Of a DNA stretch of 64,000 nt, positions 48,270 to 60,019 are shown in pieces. Position 1 is the first letter of the stretch. Each line of letters begins with the position of its first letter. The notes under the pieces are model-generated. The model saw nothing but the letters and a program-made list of their open reading frames with translations. It did not search any database and was not told the origin of the DNA. Origin of the DNA: Squalus acanthias (taxonomy: Eukaryota); NCBI GenBank assembly GCA_030390025.1, contig JASTWF010000344.1:434001-498000 (forward strand), in the 5' to 3' direction. The position numbers were made by a program, and so were the translations under genes.

Positions 48270-51200
48270 CAGAAAGTGTAGATAAGGGTAATGCAGTAAA
48301 CGTAATATATTTGGGTTTCCAAAAGGCCTTTGATAAGTTACCGCATAGTAGACTTGTGAATAAAGTCAGAACATGTTTGTCATGGGACAAGTACAGAATG
48401 TATAGCAAGCTGGCTACAAAACAGAAAACTGAGTGGGGAGTTAAGGGTAGTTACTCAGACTGACAAATGGTGGGAAGTGGCGTTCCACAAGGATCGATGC
48501 TGGGACCACTGTTGTTCACAATTTACATAAATGATTTGAACTTGGGAATCCGAAGTACAATTTCAAAATTTGCGACGGCACCATATTGGGCGGTGTAGTT
48601 AATACAGAGGAAGAATGTGACAAAATACTGGAAGACATTAACAAACTTGCAGAATGGGTGTGTAATTGGCAAATGAACTTTAAAATAGACAAGTGTGAGG
48701 TAGTACATTTTTGTAGGTAGACAAAGGAGGCGACATAATCTTTGGAAAAATAAGAGTCTGAATGGGGTAGAGGAACAAATGGATCTGGGGAACAGATACA
48801 CAAATCACTAAAAGTAGCAATGCAGGTTAATAATGCCATAAATAAAGCAAACAAAGCACTGGGGTTCATTTCTAGAGGGACAGAATTGAAAAGCAGAGAA
48901 GTTTTATTGAACTTGTATAGAACCTTGGTTAGACCACACTTGGAGCACTGTGAACAATTCTGGTCTCCATATTATAAAAAGGATATAGAGGCACTGCAGA
49001 AGGTGCAAAAAAGATTTACTAGAATACCAGAACAGAGAGGATATACTTATCAGGACAGGAGCCCTTGCCCAAGTGGTAATGTTACTGGACTGGTAATCCA
49101 GAGGCCTGGACTAATGATCCAGAGATGAGAGTTCAAATCCCACCACGGCAGCTGGGGAATTTAAATTCAGTTAATGAAATAAATCTGGAATAAAAATCTA
49201 GTATCAGCAATGGTGACTGATGGAAACTATCGGATTGTCGTAAAAACCCATCTGGTTCACTAATGTCCTTTAGGGAAGGAAATCTGCCGTCCTTATCCGG
49301 TCTGGCCTATATGTGACTCCAGACCCACAGCAATGTGGTTGACTCTTAACTGCCCTCTGAAATGGCCTAGCAAGCCACTCAGTTATAACAAACAGCTACA
49401 AGAAACAATAATAAGAATAAAACCGGACGGACAACCCGGCATCGACTTCGGCACCGGCTACGGACACAACAATGGCACACCCAGTCCAGTCCACCCTGCA
49501 AAGTCCTCCTCGCCAACATCTGGGGACTTGTGCCAAAATTGGGAGAGCTGTCCTACAGACTAGTCAAGCAACAGCCTGACATAGTCATACTCACAGAATC
49601 ATACCTTTCAGCCCATGTCCCAAACGCCTCTATCACCATCCATGGTATGTCCTGTCCCACCAGGGGTGGTGGCACAGTGGTATACAGTCAGGAAGGAGTG
49701 CCACTGGGAGTCCTCAACATTGACTCCGGACCCTAAGAAGTCTCATGGCTTCAGGTCAAGCATGGGCAAGGAAACCTCCTGCTGATTACCACCTACCGCC
49801 CTCCCTCAGCTGATGAATCAGTACTCCTCCATGTTGAACACCACTTGGAAGAAGCACTGAGAGTAGCAAGGGTGGGATGTACTCTGGGTGGGGGACTTCA
49901 ATGTCCATCACCAAGAGTGGCTCGGTAGCACCACTACTGACTGAACTGGCCGAGTCCTGAAGGACATAGCTGCCAGTCTGGACCTGCGACAGGTGGTGAG
50001 AGAACCAACATGAGCGAAAAACCTACTTGACCTTGTCCTCACCAATCTACCTGTCGCGGGAGCATCTGTCCATGACAGCATTGGTAGCAGTGACCACCGC
50101 ACAGTCCTTGTGGAGATGAAGTCCCGTCTTCACACTGAGGACATCCTCCGTTGTGTTGTGTGGCACTACCACCGTGCTAAATGGGACAGGTTCAGAACAG
50201 ATCTAGCAGCTCAAATCTGGGCAACCATGAGGCATTGTGGGCCATCAGCAGCAGCAGAATTGTATTCCATCACAATCTGTAACCTCATGGTCTGGCATAT
50301 CCCTCACTCTACCATTACCATCAAGCCAAGGGGGCCAACCCTGGTTCAATAAGGAGTGTAGAAGAGCATGCCAGGAGCAGCACCAGGCATACCTAAAAAT
50401 GAGGTGCCAACCTGGGGAAGCTGCAACACATGCATGCTAAAAAGCAGAAGCAGCATGCTATAGACAGGGCTAAGCGATCCCTCAATCAACGGATCAGATC
50501 AAAGCTCTGCAGTCCTGCCACATCCAGTCGTGAATGGTGGTGGACAATTAAACAACTAATGGGAGGAGGAGGCTCCATGAATATCCCCATCCTCAATGAT
50601 GGCGGAGCCCAGCACGTGAGTGCAAAAGACAAGGCTGAAGCGTTTGCAACCATCTTCAGCCAGAAGTGCCGAGTGGTTGATCCTCCTCCTGAGGTCCCCA
50701 CCATCACAGAAACCAGTCTTCAGCCAATTCGATTCACTCCACGTGATATCAAGAAACGGCTGAGCACACTGGATACAACAAAGGCTATGGGCCCAGTCAA
50801 CATCCCGGCTGTCGTGCTGAAGACTTGTGCTCCAGAACTAGCCAAGCTGTTCCAGTACAGCTGCAACACTGGCATCTATCCGACAATGTGGCTCAGGTAT
50901 GTCCTGTCCACAAAAAGCAGGACAAATCCAATCAGGCCAAATACCGTCCCAGCAGTCTACTCTCAATCATCAGCAAAGTGATTGAAGGTGTCGTCGACAG
51001 TGCTATCAAGCAGCACTTATTCACCAATAACCTGCTCATTGATGCCCAGTTTGGGTTCTGTCAGGACCACTCGGCCCCTGACCTCATTACAGCCTTGGTC
51101 CAAACATGGATAAAGGGGTTGAATTCCAGAGGTGAGGTGAGAGTGACTGCCCTTGACATCAAGGCATCATTTGACCGAGTATGGCATCAAGGAGCCCTAG

Positions 51201-52715
51201 TAAAACTGAAGTCAATGGGAATCGGGGGGAAAACTCTCCACTGGCTGGAGTCATACCTAGCATAAAGGAAGATGGTTGTGGTGGTTGGAGGTCTACCATC
51301 TCAGCCCCAGGACGTCGCTGCAGGAGTTCCTCAGGGTAGTGTCCTAGGCCCAACCATCTTCAGCTGCTTCATCAATGACCGTCCCTCCAACATAAGGTCA
51401 GAAATGGGGACGTTCGCTGATGACTGCACAGTGTTCAGTGCCATTCGCAACACCTCAGATAATGAAGCAGTCTATGCCCGCATGCTACAAGACCTGGACG
51501 ACATTCAGGCTTGGGCTGATAAGTGGCAGGTAACATTCGCGCCACACAAGTGCCAGGCAATGACTATCTCCAACAAGCGAGAGTCTAACCACAGCCCCTT
51601 GACATTCAATGACATTACCATTGCCGAATCCCCCACCATCAACATCCTGGGAGTCACCATTGACCAGAAATTTAACTGGACCAGCCACATAAAAACTGGC
51701 AATAAGAGCAGGTCAGAGGCTAGGTAATCTGCGGTGAGTGTCTCACCTCCTGACTCCCCAAAGCCTCTCCACCATCTACAAGGCACAAGTAAGGAGTGTG
51801 ATGGAATACTCTCCATTTGCCTGGATGAGTGCAGCTCCAACAACACTCAAGAAGCTCTACACCATCCAGGACAAAGCAGCCCACTTGATTGGCACCCCAT
51901 TGACCACCTTAAACATTCACGCCCTCCACCACCGGTGTACCATGGCTGCTTTGTGTACCATCTACAAGATGCACTGTCGCCAAGGCTTCTTTGGCAGCAC
52001 CTCCCAAACCTGCGACTTCTACCACCTAGAAGGACAAGGGCAGCAGGTGCATGGGAACACCACCACTTCCAAGTTCCCCTCCAAGTCACACACCATCCTG
52101 ACTTGGAAATATATCGCCGTTCCTTCATCATCACTGGGTCAAAATCCTGGAACTCCCTCCCTAACAGCACTGTGGGAGTACCTTCACCACACGGACTGCA
52201 GCGGAGGCTCACCACCACCTTCTCAAGGGCAACTAGGGATGGGCAATAAATGCTGGCCTTGCCATGAATGAATTTTAAAAAAGGAAAGATTTAACAGGCT
52301 GGGACACTTTCCTCTAGAAAAAAAAGTGAGGGGTGACCTGACAGAGGTCGTCAAGATTCTGAAAGGGTTCAAATAGGGTAGATGTAGAGAAAATGTTTCC
52401 ACTTGCAGGCGAAACCAGAACTAGGAGCCATAAATATAAGATAGTCACTAATAAATCCAATAAGGAATTCAGGAGAAACTTCTTTACCCAGAGAGTGGTG
52501 AGAATGTGGAACTGGCTACCACAGGGAGTGGTTGAGGTGAATAGTACAGATGCATTGAAGGGGAAGCTAGATAAACACATGAGGGAGAAAGGAATAGAAG
52601 GATATGTTGATGGGGTTAGATGAAGAGAGGTGGGAGGAGGCTCGTGTGGAGCATAAACACCGGCACGGAGCAGTTGGCCCGAATGGCCCGTTTCCGTGCA
52701 GTAAATACTTTGTAC
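48270..52715 (+). mobile_element. CR1 LINE (48270-49057 and 52282-52715) split by another LINE
   Basis: VIYLGFQKAFDK...LVRPHLEHCEQFWSP...GYTYQ, resuming ERFNRLG...RRNFFTQRVVRMWNWLP. Confidence 0.88.
49060..52275 (+). mobile_element. Apparently full-length 3.2-kb degenerate LINE (APE-RT) with a tRNA-like 5' head
   Basis: PDIVILTES, GDFN, SDH (APE); [35 protein letters not shown] (RT); head with TGGTAATG and GAGTTCAAATCCC; approximate TSD AGGACAG/AGGAAAG. Confidence 0.88.
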
Positions 52716-52994
52716 TACTTTATAATCCTAAGGTGGCTCCATAAAGTGCTGGCCATCATATCTAAGTTAGCACAAAAATGGCTGAGCAAATGTAGGCCAC
52801 CAGCAGAGGTCAGTAGTGATCCAACAGCTGCCTCTGGAGCTCCAGGACATGGGTCTCTCGCCATTAACTCACCATGTGGTAGGTTCCCATTCTCAGTCAG
52901 CCCACATGCCAAGGCCAGAGGCTGAATTAGCCCATGGCTGCCTCCTCACTGCTGCTCACAGGATGCCTCTGCCTGCTGGAGAAGCCTGGGCAGG

Positions 52995-55900
52995 ACCGGA
53001 ACCGATGTCCTAGGGGGAGTGTTTGCTAGTGCTGTTGGGGAGGGTTTAAACTAAAATGGCAGGGGGTTGAGAACCTGTGCAGGGAGACAGTGGAAAGGGA
53101 AGCAAGGATAGAAACACAAGACAGGAAGGAGAAAAGCAAAAGTGGAAGGCAGAGAAATCAAGGGTGTAAATCAAACATGGCCACAGTAAACAATAATTCT
53201 AAATGGTCTAAGAGTGTTAAAAAAAACAAGCCTGAAGGCTCTGTGTCTTAATGCGAGGAGCATGCGTAATAAGCTGGATGAATTAGCTGCGCAAATAGAT
53301 GTAAACGGATATGATATAATTGGGATTACGGAGACATGGCTCCAGGGTGACCAAGGCTGGGAATTCAACATCCAGGGGTATTCAATATTCAGGAAGGACA
53401 GGCAAAAAGGAAAAGGAGGTGGGGTAGCATTGCTGGTTAAAGAGGAGATTAACACAATAGTAAGGAAGGATATTAGCTCTGATGATGTGGAATCTGTATG
53501 GGTAGAGCTGAGAAATACCAAGGGGCAGAAAACGTTAGTGGGAGTTGTACACAGACCCCCAAACAGTAATGCTGAGGTTGGGGATGGCATTAAACGGGAA
53601 ATTAGAGATGCATGCAATAAGGGCACAGCAGTTATCATGGGTGACTTTAATCTACATATAGATTGGGCTAACCAAATTAGTAACAATACTGTGGAAGAGG
53701 AATTCCTAGAGTGTATACGGGATGGTTTCCTGGACCAATCTGTCGAGGAACCAACTAGAGATCAGGCCATCTTAGACTGGGTATTATGTAATGAGAAAGG
53801 ATTAATTAGCAATCTTGTTGGGGGAGGAGCGATCATAATATGATAGAATTCTTCATTAAGATGAAGAGTGAAGTAGTACAGTAGTTGACTCAGAGACTAG
53901 GGTACTGAATTTAAATAAAGGAAACTACGATGGTATGAGGCGCGAGTTGGCTAGGATGGATTGGGGAATGTTACTTAAAGGGTTGACGGTGGATAGGCAA
54001 TGGCAAACATTTAAAGATCGCATGGATGAACTACAGAATTTGTTCATCCCTGTTTGGCATAAAAATAAAACAAAAAAGGTGACTCAACCGTGGCTAACAA
54101 GGGAAATTAGGGATAGCATAAGATCCAAAGAGAGGACATATAAATTGGCCAGAAAAAGCAGCAAGCCTGAGGATTGGGAGCAGTTTAGGATTCAGCAAAG
54201 GAGGACAAAGGGACTAATTAAGAAGGGGAAAATAGAGTATGAGAGTAAGCTTGCAAGGAACATAAAAACTGACTGTAAAAGCTTCTACAGATATGTGAAG
54301 AGAAAAAGATTGGCGAAGTCAAGCGTAGGTCCCTTGCAGTCAGAATCAGGGGAATTTATAATGGGGAACAAAGAAATGGCAGACCAATTCTTTGGTTCTG
54401 TCTTCACAAAGGAGGACACAAATAAACTCCCAGAGATGTCAGGGAACATAGGGTCTAATGAGAGGGAGGAACTGAATGAAATCAGTATTTGTAGGGAAAT
54501 GGCGTTAGGGAAATTGACAGGATTGAAGACCGATAAATCCCAAGGGCCTGATAATCTACATCCTAGGGTACTTAAGGAAGTGGCCCTAGAAATAGTAGAT
54601 GCATTGCTGGTCATCTTCCAAAATTCTATAGACTCTGGAACAGTTTCCATGGATTGGAGGGTAGCTAATGTAACCCCACTATTTAAAAAAGGTGGTAGAG
54701 AGAAAATGGGGAATTATAGACCGGTAAGCCTGACATCGGTAGTGGGGAAAATGCTAGAGTCCATTATAAAAGATGTAATAGCAGAGCACTTGGAAAACAG
54801 TGACAGGATCGGACAAAGTCAACATGGATTTACAAAAGGTAAATCATGCTTGACTAATCTACTGGAATTTTTTGAGGATGTAACTGGTAGAATAGATAAG
54901 GGAGAACTTTCAGAAGGCTTTCGATAAGGTTCCGCATAAGAGAGTAGCGAGCAAAGTTAAAGCACACAGGATTGGGGGTAAGGTACTGTCTTGGATAGAA
55001 AACTGGTTGGCAGACAGGAAGCAAAGAGTTGGAATAAACGGGTCTTTTTCCGAGTGGCAGGCAGTGACTAGTGGGGTACCGCAGGGATCAGTGCTTGGAC
55101 CCCAGTTATTCACAGTATATATTAATGATCTAGACGAGGGAACTAGATGTAATATCTCCAAGTTTGCAGACGACACAAAGCTGGGTGGGCATGTGTGCTG
55201 TGAGGAGGATGCAGAGAAACTCCAGTATGATTTGGACAGGTTGGGTGAATGGGCAGATGCATGGTAGATGCAGTATAATGTGGATAAATGCGAGGTTATC
55301 CACTTTGGTGGCAAACACAGGAAGGCAGATTATTATCTGAATAGATTGGGAAAAGGGGAAGTGCAACGAAACCTGGGTGTCCTTGTGCACCAGTCGCTGA
55401 AGGTAAGCATGCAGGTGCAGCAGGCGGTTAAGAAGGCAAATGGTATGTTGGCCTTCATAGCGAGAGGATTCGAGTACAGGAGCAAGGATGTCTTGCTGCA
55501 GTTGTACAGGGCCTTGGTAAGACCACACCTTGAGTATTGTGTGCAGTTTTGGTCGCCTTATCTGAGGAAGGATGTTCTTGCCATGGAGAGAGTGCAGCGA
55601 AGATTCACCAGACTGATACCTGGGATGGCAGGAATGACGTATGAAGAGAGATTGGGTCGACTGGGCTTATATTCGCTGGAGTTTAGAAGAATGAGGGGAT
55701 CTCATTGAAACTTATAAAATTCTAACAGGACTAGACAGACTGGATGCAGGAAGGATGTTCCTGATGGTGGGGGAGTCCAGAACCAGGGGTCACAGTCTAA
55801 GGATAAGGGGTAAGCCATTTAGGTCTGAGACGAGGAGGAATTTCTTCACCCAGAGAGTGGTGAACCTGTGGAATTCTCTACCACAGAAGGCAGTTGAGTC

Positions 55901-56086
55901 CAATTCATTAAATATATTCAAAAAGGAGTTAGATATATTTCTTAAGGCTAAGGGGATCAAGGGATATGGGGAGAAAGCAGGGACAGGGTACTGAATTTGG
56001 ATGATCAGCCATGATCGCATTGAATGGCGGAGCAGGCTCGAGGGGCCGAATGGCCTGCTCCTGCTCCTATCTTCTATGTTTCTATG
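52995..56086 (+). mobile_element. CR1 LINE, end of ORF1 plus near-complete disrupted ORF2 and 3' tail
   Basis: LNARS, GITETW, MGDFN (APE); [16 protein letters not shown] (RT); TTCTATGTTTCTATG tail. Confidence 0.93.
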
Positions 56087-56624
56087 GAGAGAGCAGTCTC
56101 AATCTCATCCACAGCAGAAAACTGCCTCTACCCCAACACTAACTGGCAACATCAGACACCTCGGGATAGGTGCTGTGATCACCCTCGTGCAGTAAGGGGT
56201 GCTCGTGCGGTTAGGAGTTCAGGCAGAGTATCGAACTGACCTGGGAATGGTTGATTTTCACACTGGGTGTCTGAAGTGAAAATGTTCAGTCTCCACCGCT
56301 AACACCCTCTCCTAGAGCCGCACAAAAATCCCAAGAAACTGGCTGCCCGATGGGTCAAAGCTGAAGTCGCTGAACCATATAAACCAGGACATTTGCAGGT
56401 TCTATCCCCAGTATGGGCTAAGGGCAGTGGGAGGGGTGTTACTGAGTTGGAGAGTTACCTGCCCCTAATCATTATCCAGTGACCCCTGTTGGAAGGGTGC
56501 CTGCGGATGTTGGGTGAGGATAGGATTGGGCTGGGCTGTGATGCCTCCATAATTGAACAGCCCACTCTCTAAGCTCATACACTGCCACTAGGGTGAGATA
56601 CTGGAGGGTGACTGCTGCCAGTCA

Positions 56625-57150
56625 GCCATGGCTCAGTGCTCTCACTCTCCCCTCTCAGTCAGAAGGTCAAGATTTCAACCTTCCCTTCAGAGACTTGAGC
56701 TCATAATCCAGGCTGAGACTTTGGTGCAGTACTGAGGGAGTGCTGCACTGCCGGAGGTGCCATCTTTCAGACCGCCCCCCCTCCTCTCCGGTGTCCTGGC
56801 CAAAGTTTCTCTCTCAACCAACATCACAAACAGTTTGATTGATTATTTATCTCATTGCTGTTTGAGGGATCTTGCTGTGCGCAAATTGGCTGCCGCGTTT
56901 CCCTACACTACAACACTGACTACAGTTCAAAAATTAATTCAATGGTTGTGAAGCAAGGTTTTCCCTAAGGTGTGCAGGCATGCGGCCGCGCACTAATTGG
57001 GCGGTCCCGCGCAGGCCGCTTACAAACTGCTGCCGCGGACGCGCAGCAAATTTAAAGGGACCGCGCACGGGGAAAAAAAATTCGAGGGAACATTGCTGTG
57101 AAGTGTTTTGGGACGTCCTGAGGCGGTGAAAGGCGCTATAGAAAGTGTTT
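56625..57150 (+). mobile_element. DeuSINE (SacSINE1-like) copy carrying a single 33-bp unit
   Basis: GCCATGGCTCAGT head; GCAGTACTGAGGGAGTGCTGCACTGCCGGAGGT at 56726-56758; CCGGTGTCCTGGCCAA and TTGCTGTGCGCAAATTGGCTGCCGCGTTTCC body. Confidence 0.8.
56954..57095. mobile_element. 142-bp hAT-like MITE inserted in the SINE
   Basis: 8-bp TSD TTGTGAAG/CTGTGAAG; imperfect TIRs CAAGGTTTTCCCT and AGGGAACATTG. Confidence 0.75.
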
Positions 57151-57479
57151 GCTTCCTGAAGCAGATCCCAGTGCAGCAAGCAACATTTTCAGTGAGGAGG
57201 GAGAAAATTAGGATTTCTCATTTAAAATTGGCACAAAAATGTTAAAAAGATTGACGCGTGACAAAAACAGTAACAAGAAAAGAAACAGAAAGGGGCTTAA
57301 AAAGGGGAGAGTAGTGGTGCCAGGTACTGTAATTAAAGGTGAAGAGGGTACAGAATGTATCCGAATAGAAGTAGGATATCCTGTGGACCTAGAAGTGACT
57401 TGAGATAGGCGGCCAGGACCGATTTCATGCGATTCCAAACCCACCTCAGACAAATTAAACATTAAATGTCTTACAGTAC

Positions 57480-57565
57480 CTTTTTGTTGTCCCACAGCTG
57501 TTTGGATAGGGATTTATCGGTCTCAGACGTATTCTCCTCCATCCCAGGAACCGTTAACAGTAACA
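57480..57565 (-). CDS. CRTC1: CRTC1 86-nt internal exon
   Basis: Acceptor cctctcag; (V)[28 protein letters not shown]|gtactg; recalled human [29 protein letters not shown]; phase 0 joins the 47248 exon. Confidence 0.93.
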
Positions 57566-57699
57566 CTGAGAGGCGCGAGAGAAAGAGAGACACACACATA
57601 CAATAAATGGGCATGAGGTTCAAGGACCAGACAAGACAAAAAAATCGGGGAGGAGTTGCACTGTTCTCACTACCACCAGGTGTCTCTAGCATGCTTAGG

Positions 57700-57760
57700 C
57701 TGCTGATTTCAAATAAAACTGTTGGACTATAACCTGGTGTTGTGCGACCTCTCAATTTTG
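57700..57760 (+). mobile_element. Short Penelope terminal-repeat fragment
   Basis: AAATAAAACTGTTGGACTATAACCTGGTGTTGTGCGAC matches 41847-41884. Confidence 0.7.
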
Positions 57761-57842
57761 CTGAACACTGCCAGAGGTTCTGTGGGACCTGCCTGTCGTT
57801 TGCTGCTCATGCTGGAGCGCGGGATATTGATGCTGGATGGCA

Positions 57843-58697
57843 CGGGGAGGGAGGGCTGTCGGGGGGGGAGGGAAGGGGCTGGGGGAGAGGGGGAAGGGGC
57901 TGGGGGAGGGGAGGAAGGGGCTGGGGAGGGGAGGAAGGGGCTGGGGGGTGGGGGGAAGGGGCTGGGGGGGGAGGGGGAAGGGGCTGAGGGGGAGGGGGGA
58001 AGGGGCTGGGGGGGAGGGGGGGAAGGGGCTGGGGGAGGGGAGGAAGGGGCTGGGGGGGTGGGGGGAAGGGGCTGGGGGGGAGGGGGGAAGGGGCTGGGGG
58101 GGAGGGGGAAGGGGCTGAGGGGGAGGGGGGGAAGGGGCTGGGGGGGAGGGGGGGAAGGGGCTGGGGGGGAGGGGGGGGAAGGGGCTGGGGGGGAGGGGGG
58201 GAAGGGGCTGGGGGGGAGGGGGGGAAGGGGCTGGGGGGGAGGGGGGGGAAGGGGCTGGGGGGGAGGGGGGGAAGGGGCTGGGGGGAGGGGGGAAGGAGCT
58301 GGGGGGGAGGGGGGGAAGGGGCTGGGGGGGAGGGGGGAAGGGGCTGGGGGGGAGGGGGGAAGGGGCTGGGGGGAGGGGGAAGGGGCTGGGGGGGAGGGGG
58401 AAGGGGCTGGGGGGGAGGGGGAAGGGGCTGGGGGGGAGGGGGAAGGGGCTGGGGGGGAGGGGGAAGGGGCTGGGGGGGAGGGGGAAGGGGCTGGGGGGGA
58501 GGGGGGAAGGGGCTGGGGGAGAGGGGGGAAGGGGCTGGGGGAGAGGGGGGAAGGGGCTGGGGGAGAGGGGGGAAGGGGCTGGGGGAGAGGGGGAAGGGGC
58601 TGGGGGGGAGGGGGAAGGGGCTGGGGGGGAGGGGGAAGGGCTGGGGGAGACGGGGAAGGGCTGGGGGAGACGGGGAAGGGCTGGGGAGACGGGGAAG
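57843..58697. repeat. G-rich (GnAAGGGGCTGnA) tract, G-quadruplex-prone, in a CRTC1 intron
   Basis: About 850 bp of variable G runs. Confidence 0.95.
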
Positions 58698-58954
58698 TGC
58701 TGTCGGAGCCGGAGCGAGGGCTGTCAGCGCCCGATGAACGACATGCTGGCAAGTAATCAGCACTGGCAGTGGGAGCTGGAATGGAGGTCTCTTGAAACCT
58801 CCTGGGACAGACAGAACACAACATGCTGTTATTCTACCGGCCACGCACTGAGAACTCTTCCTTCTTTATATATTTTGTGATCCATTTAGTTCTCTCCCTT
58901 TGGCTTTCGGTTCCCTCCACATCCTGCACCAGTCCCCTGACAAGAGCATCACAA

Positions 58955-59400
58955 TAACTCTCCCCCCAGTCTCCGGTCTAACTCTCCCCCCAGTCTCCGG
59001 TCTAACTCTCCCCCCAGTCTCCGGTCTAACTCTCCCCCCAGTCTCCGGTCTAACTCTCCCCCCAGTCTCCGGTCTAACTCTCCCCCCAGTCTCCGGTCTA
59101 ACTCTCCCCCCAGTCTCCGGTCTAACTCTCCCCCCAGTCTCCGGTCTAACTCTCCCCCCAGTCTCCGGTCTAACTCTCCCCCCAGTCTCCGGTCTAACTC
59201 TCCCCCCAGTCTCCGGTCTAACTCTCCCCCCAGTCTCCGGTCTAACTCTCTCCCCAGTCTCCGGTCTAACTCTCCCCCCAGTCTCCGGTCTAACTCTCCC
59301 CCCAGTCTCCGGTCTAACTCTCCCCCCAGTCTCCGGTCTAACTCTCCCCCCAGTCTCCGGTCTAACTCTCCCCCCAGTCTCTGGTCTAACTCTCCCCCCA
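58955..59400. repeat. 24-bp minisatellite (TAACTCTCCCCCCAGTCTCCGGTC), about 18 copies
   Basis: Near-perfect period 24. Confidence 0.97.
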
Positions 59401-59910
59401 CCGGGACAACTCTCGGAAGCCTCAGTGCCACCACCAGTGGCTGTCTCAAGGGCAAGACTGGCATTGAAGTGGCAGTAGAGGGTGAATCCACAGTCCAGGC
59501 TGCAGAACAATCTGAAAGCGCAGGCATAAAAATAAGGACATAAGAACATAAGAAATAGGAGCAGAAGTAGGCCAGTCGGCCCCTCAAGTCTGCTCCGCCA
59601 CTCAATAAGATCATAGCTTATCTGATCTTGGCCTCAACTCCACTTTCCTGCCTGCTCCCCATAACCCTTGACTCCCTTGTAGTTCAAAAATCTGTCTATC
59701 TCCGCCTTGAATATATTCACTGACTCAGCCTCCACAGCTCTCTGGGGAAGAGAATCCCAAAGATTCACGACCCTCAGAGAAGAAATTCCTCCTCATCTCC
59801 ATTTTAAATGGGCGACCCCTTATCCTGAAACTACACCCCCTCGTTCTAGATTCCCCCATGAGGGGAAACATCCTCTCAGCATCTACCCTGTCAAGCCACA
59901 TCAGAATCTT

Positions 59911-60019
59911 TCCACCCCAGTTCTGACGAAGGTCATCGACCTGAAACGTTAACTCTGTTTCTCTCTCCACAGATGCAGCCTGACCTGCTGAGTATTTCCA
60001 GCATTTTCTGTTTTTATTT
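59911..60019 (+). mobile_element. Hammerhead-bearing Penelope-derived mini-element
   Basis: 14-bp TSD CACATCAGAATCTT (59897-59910, 60020-60033). Confidence 0.88.
59919..59954 (+). ncRNA. Minimal type I hammerhead ribozyme motif
   Basis: Stem I AGUU/AACU, core CUGACGA, stem II AGGUC-AUC-GACCU, GAAA, palindromic ACGU stem III, GUU triplet. Confidence 0.75.

Noticed and set aside
57722..58844. Gly-rich and Pro-rich (extensin/formin-like) ORFs
   Set aside because: Low-complexity G tract inside a CRTC1 intron.
58866..59614. 8-aa repeat ORFs (GGRVRPET / LTLPPVSG)
   Set aside because: Translations of the 24-bp minisatellite.
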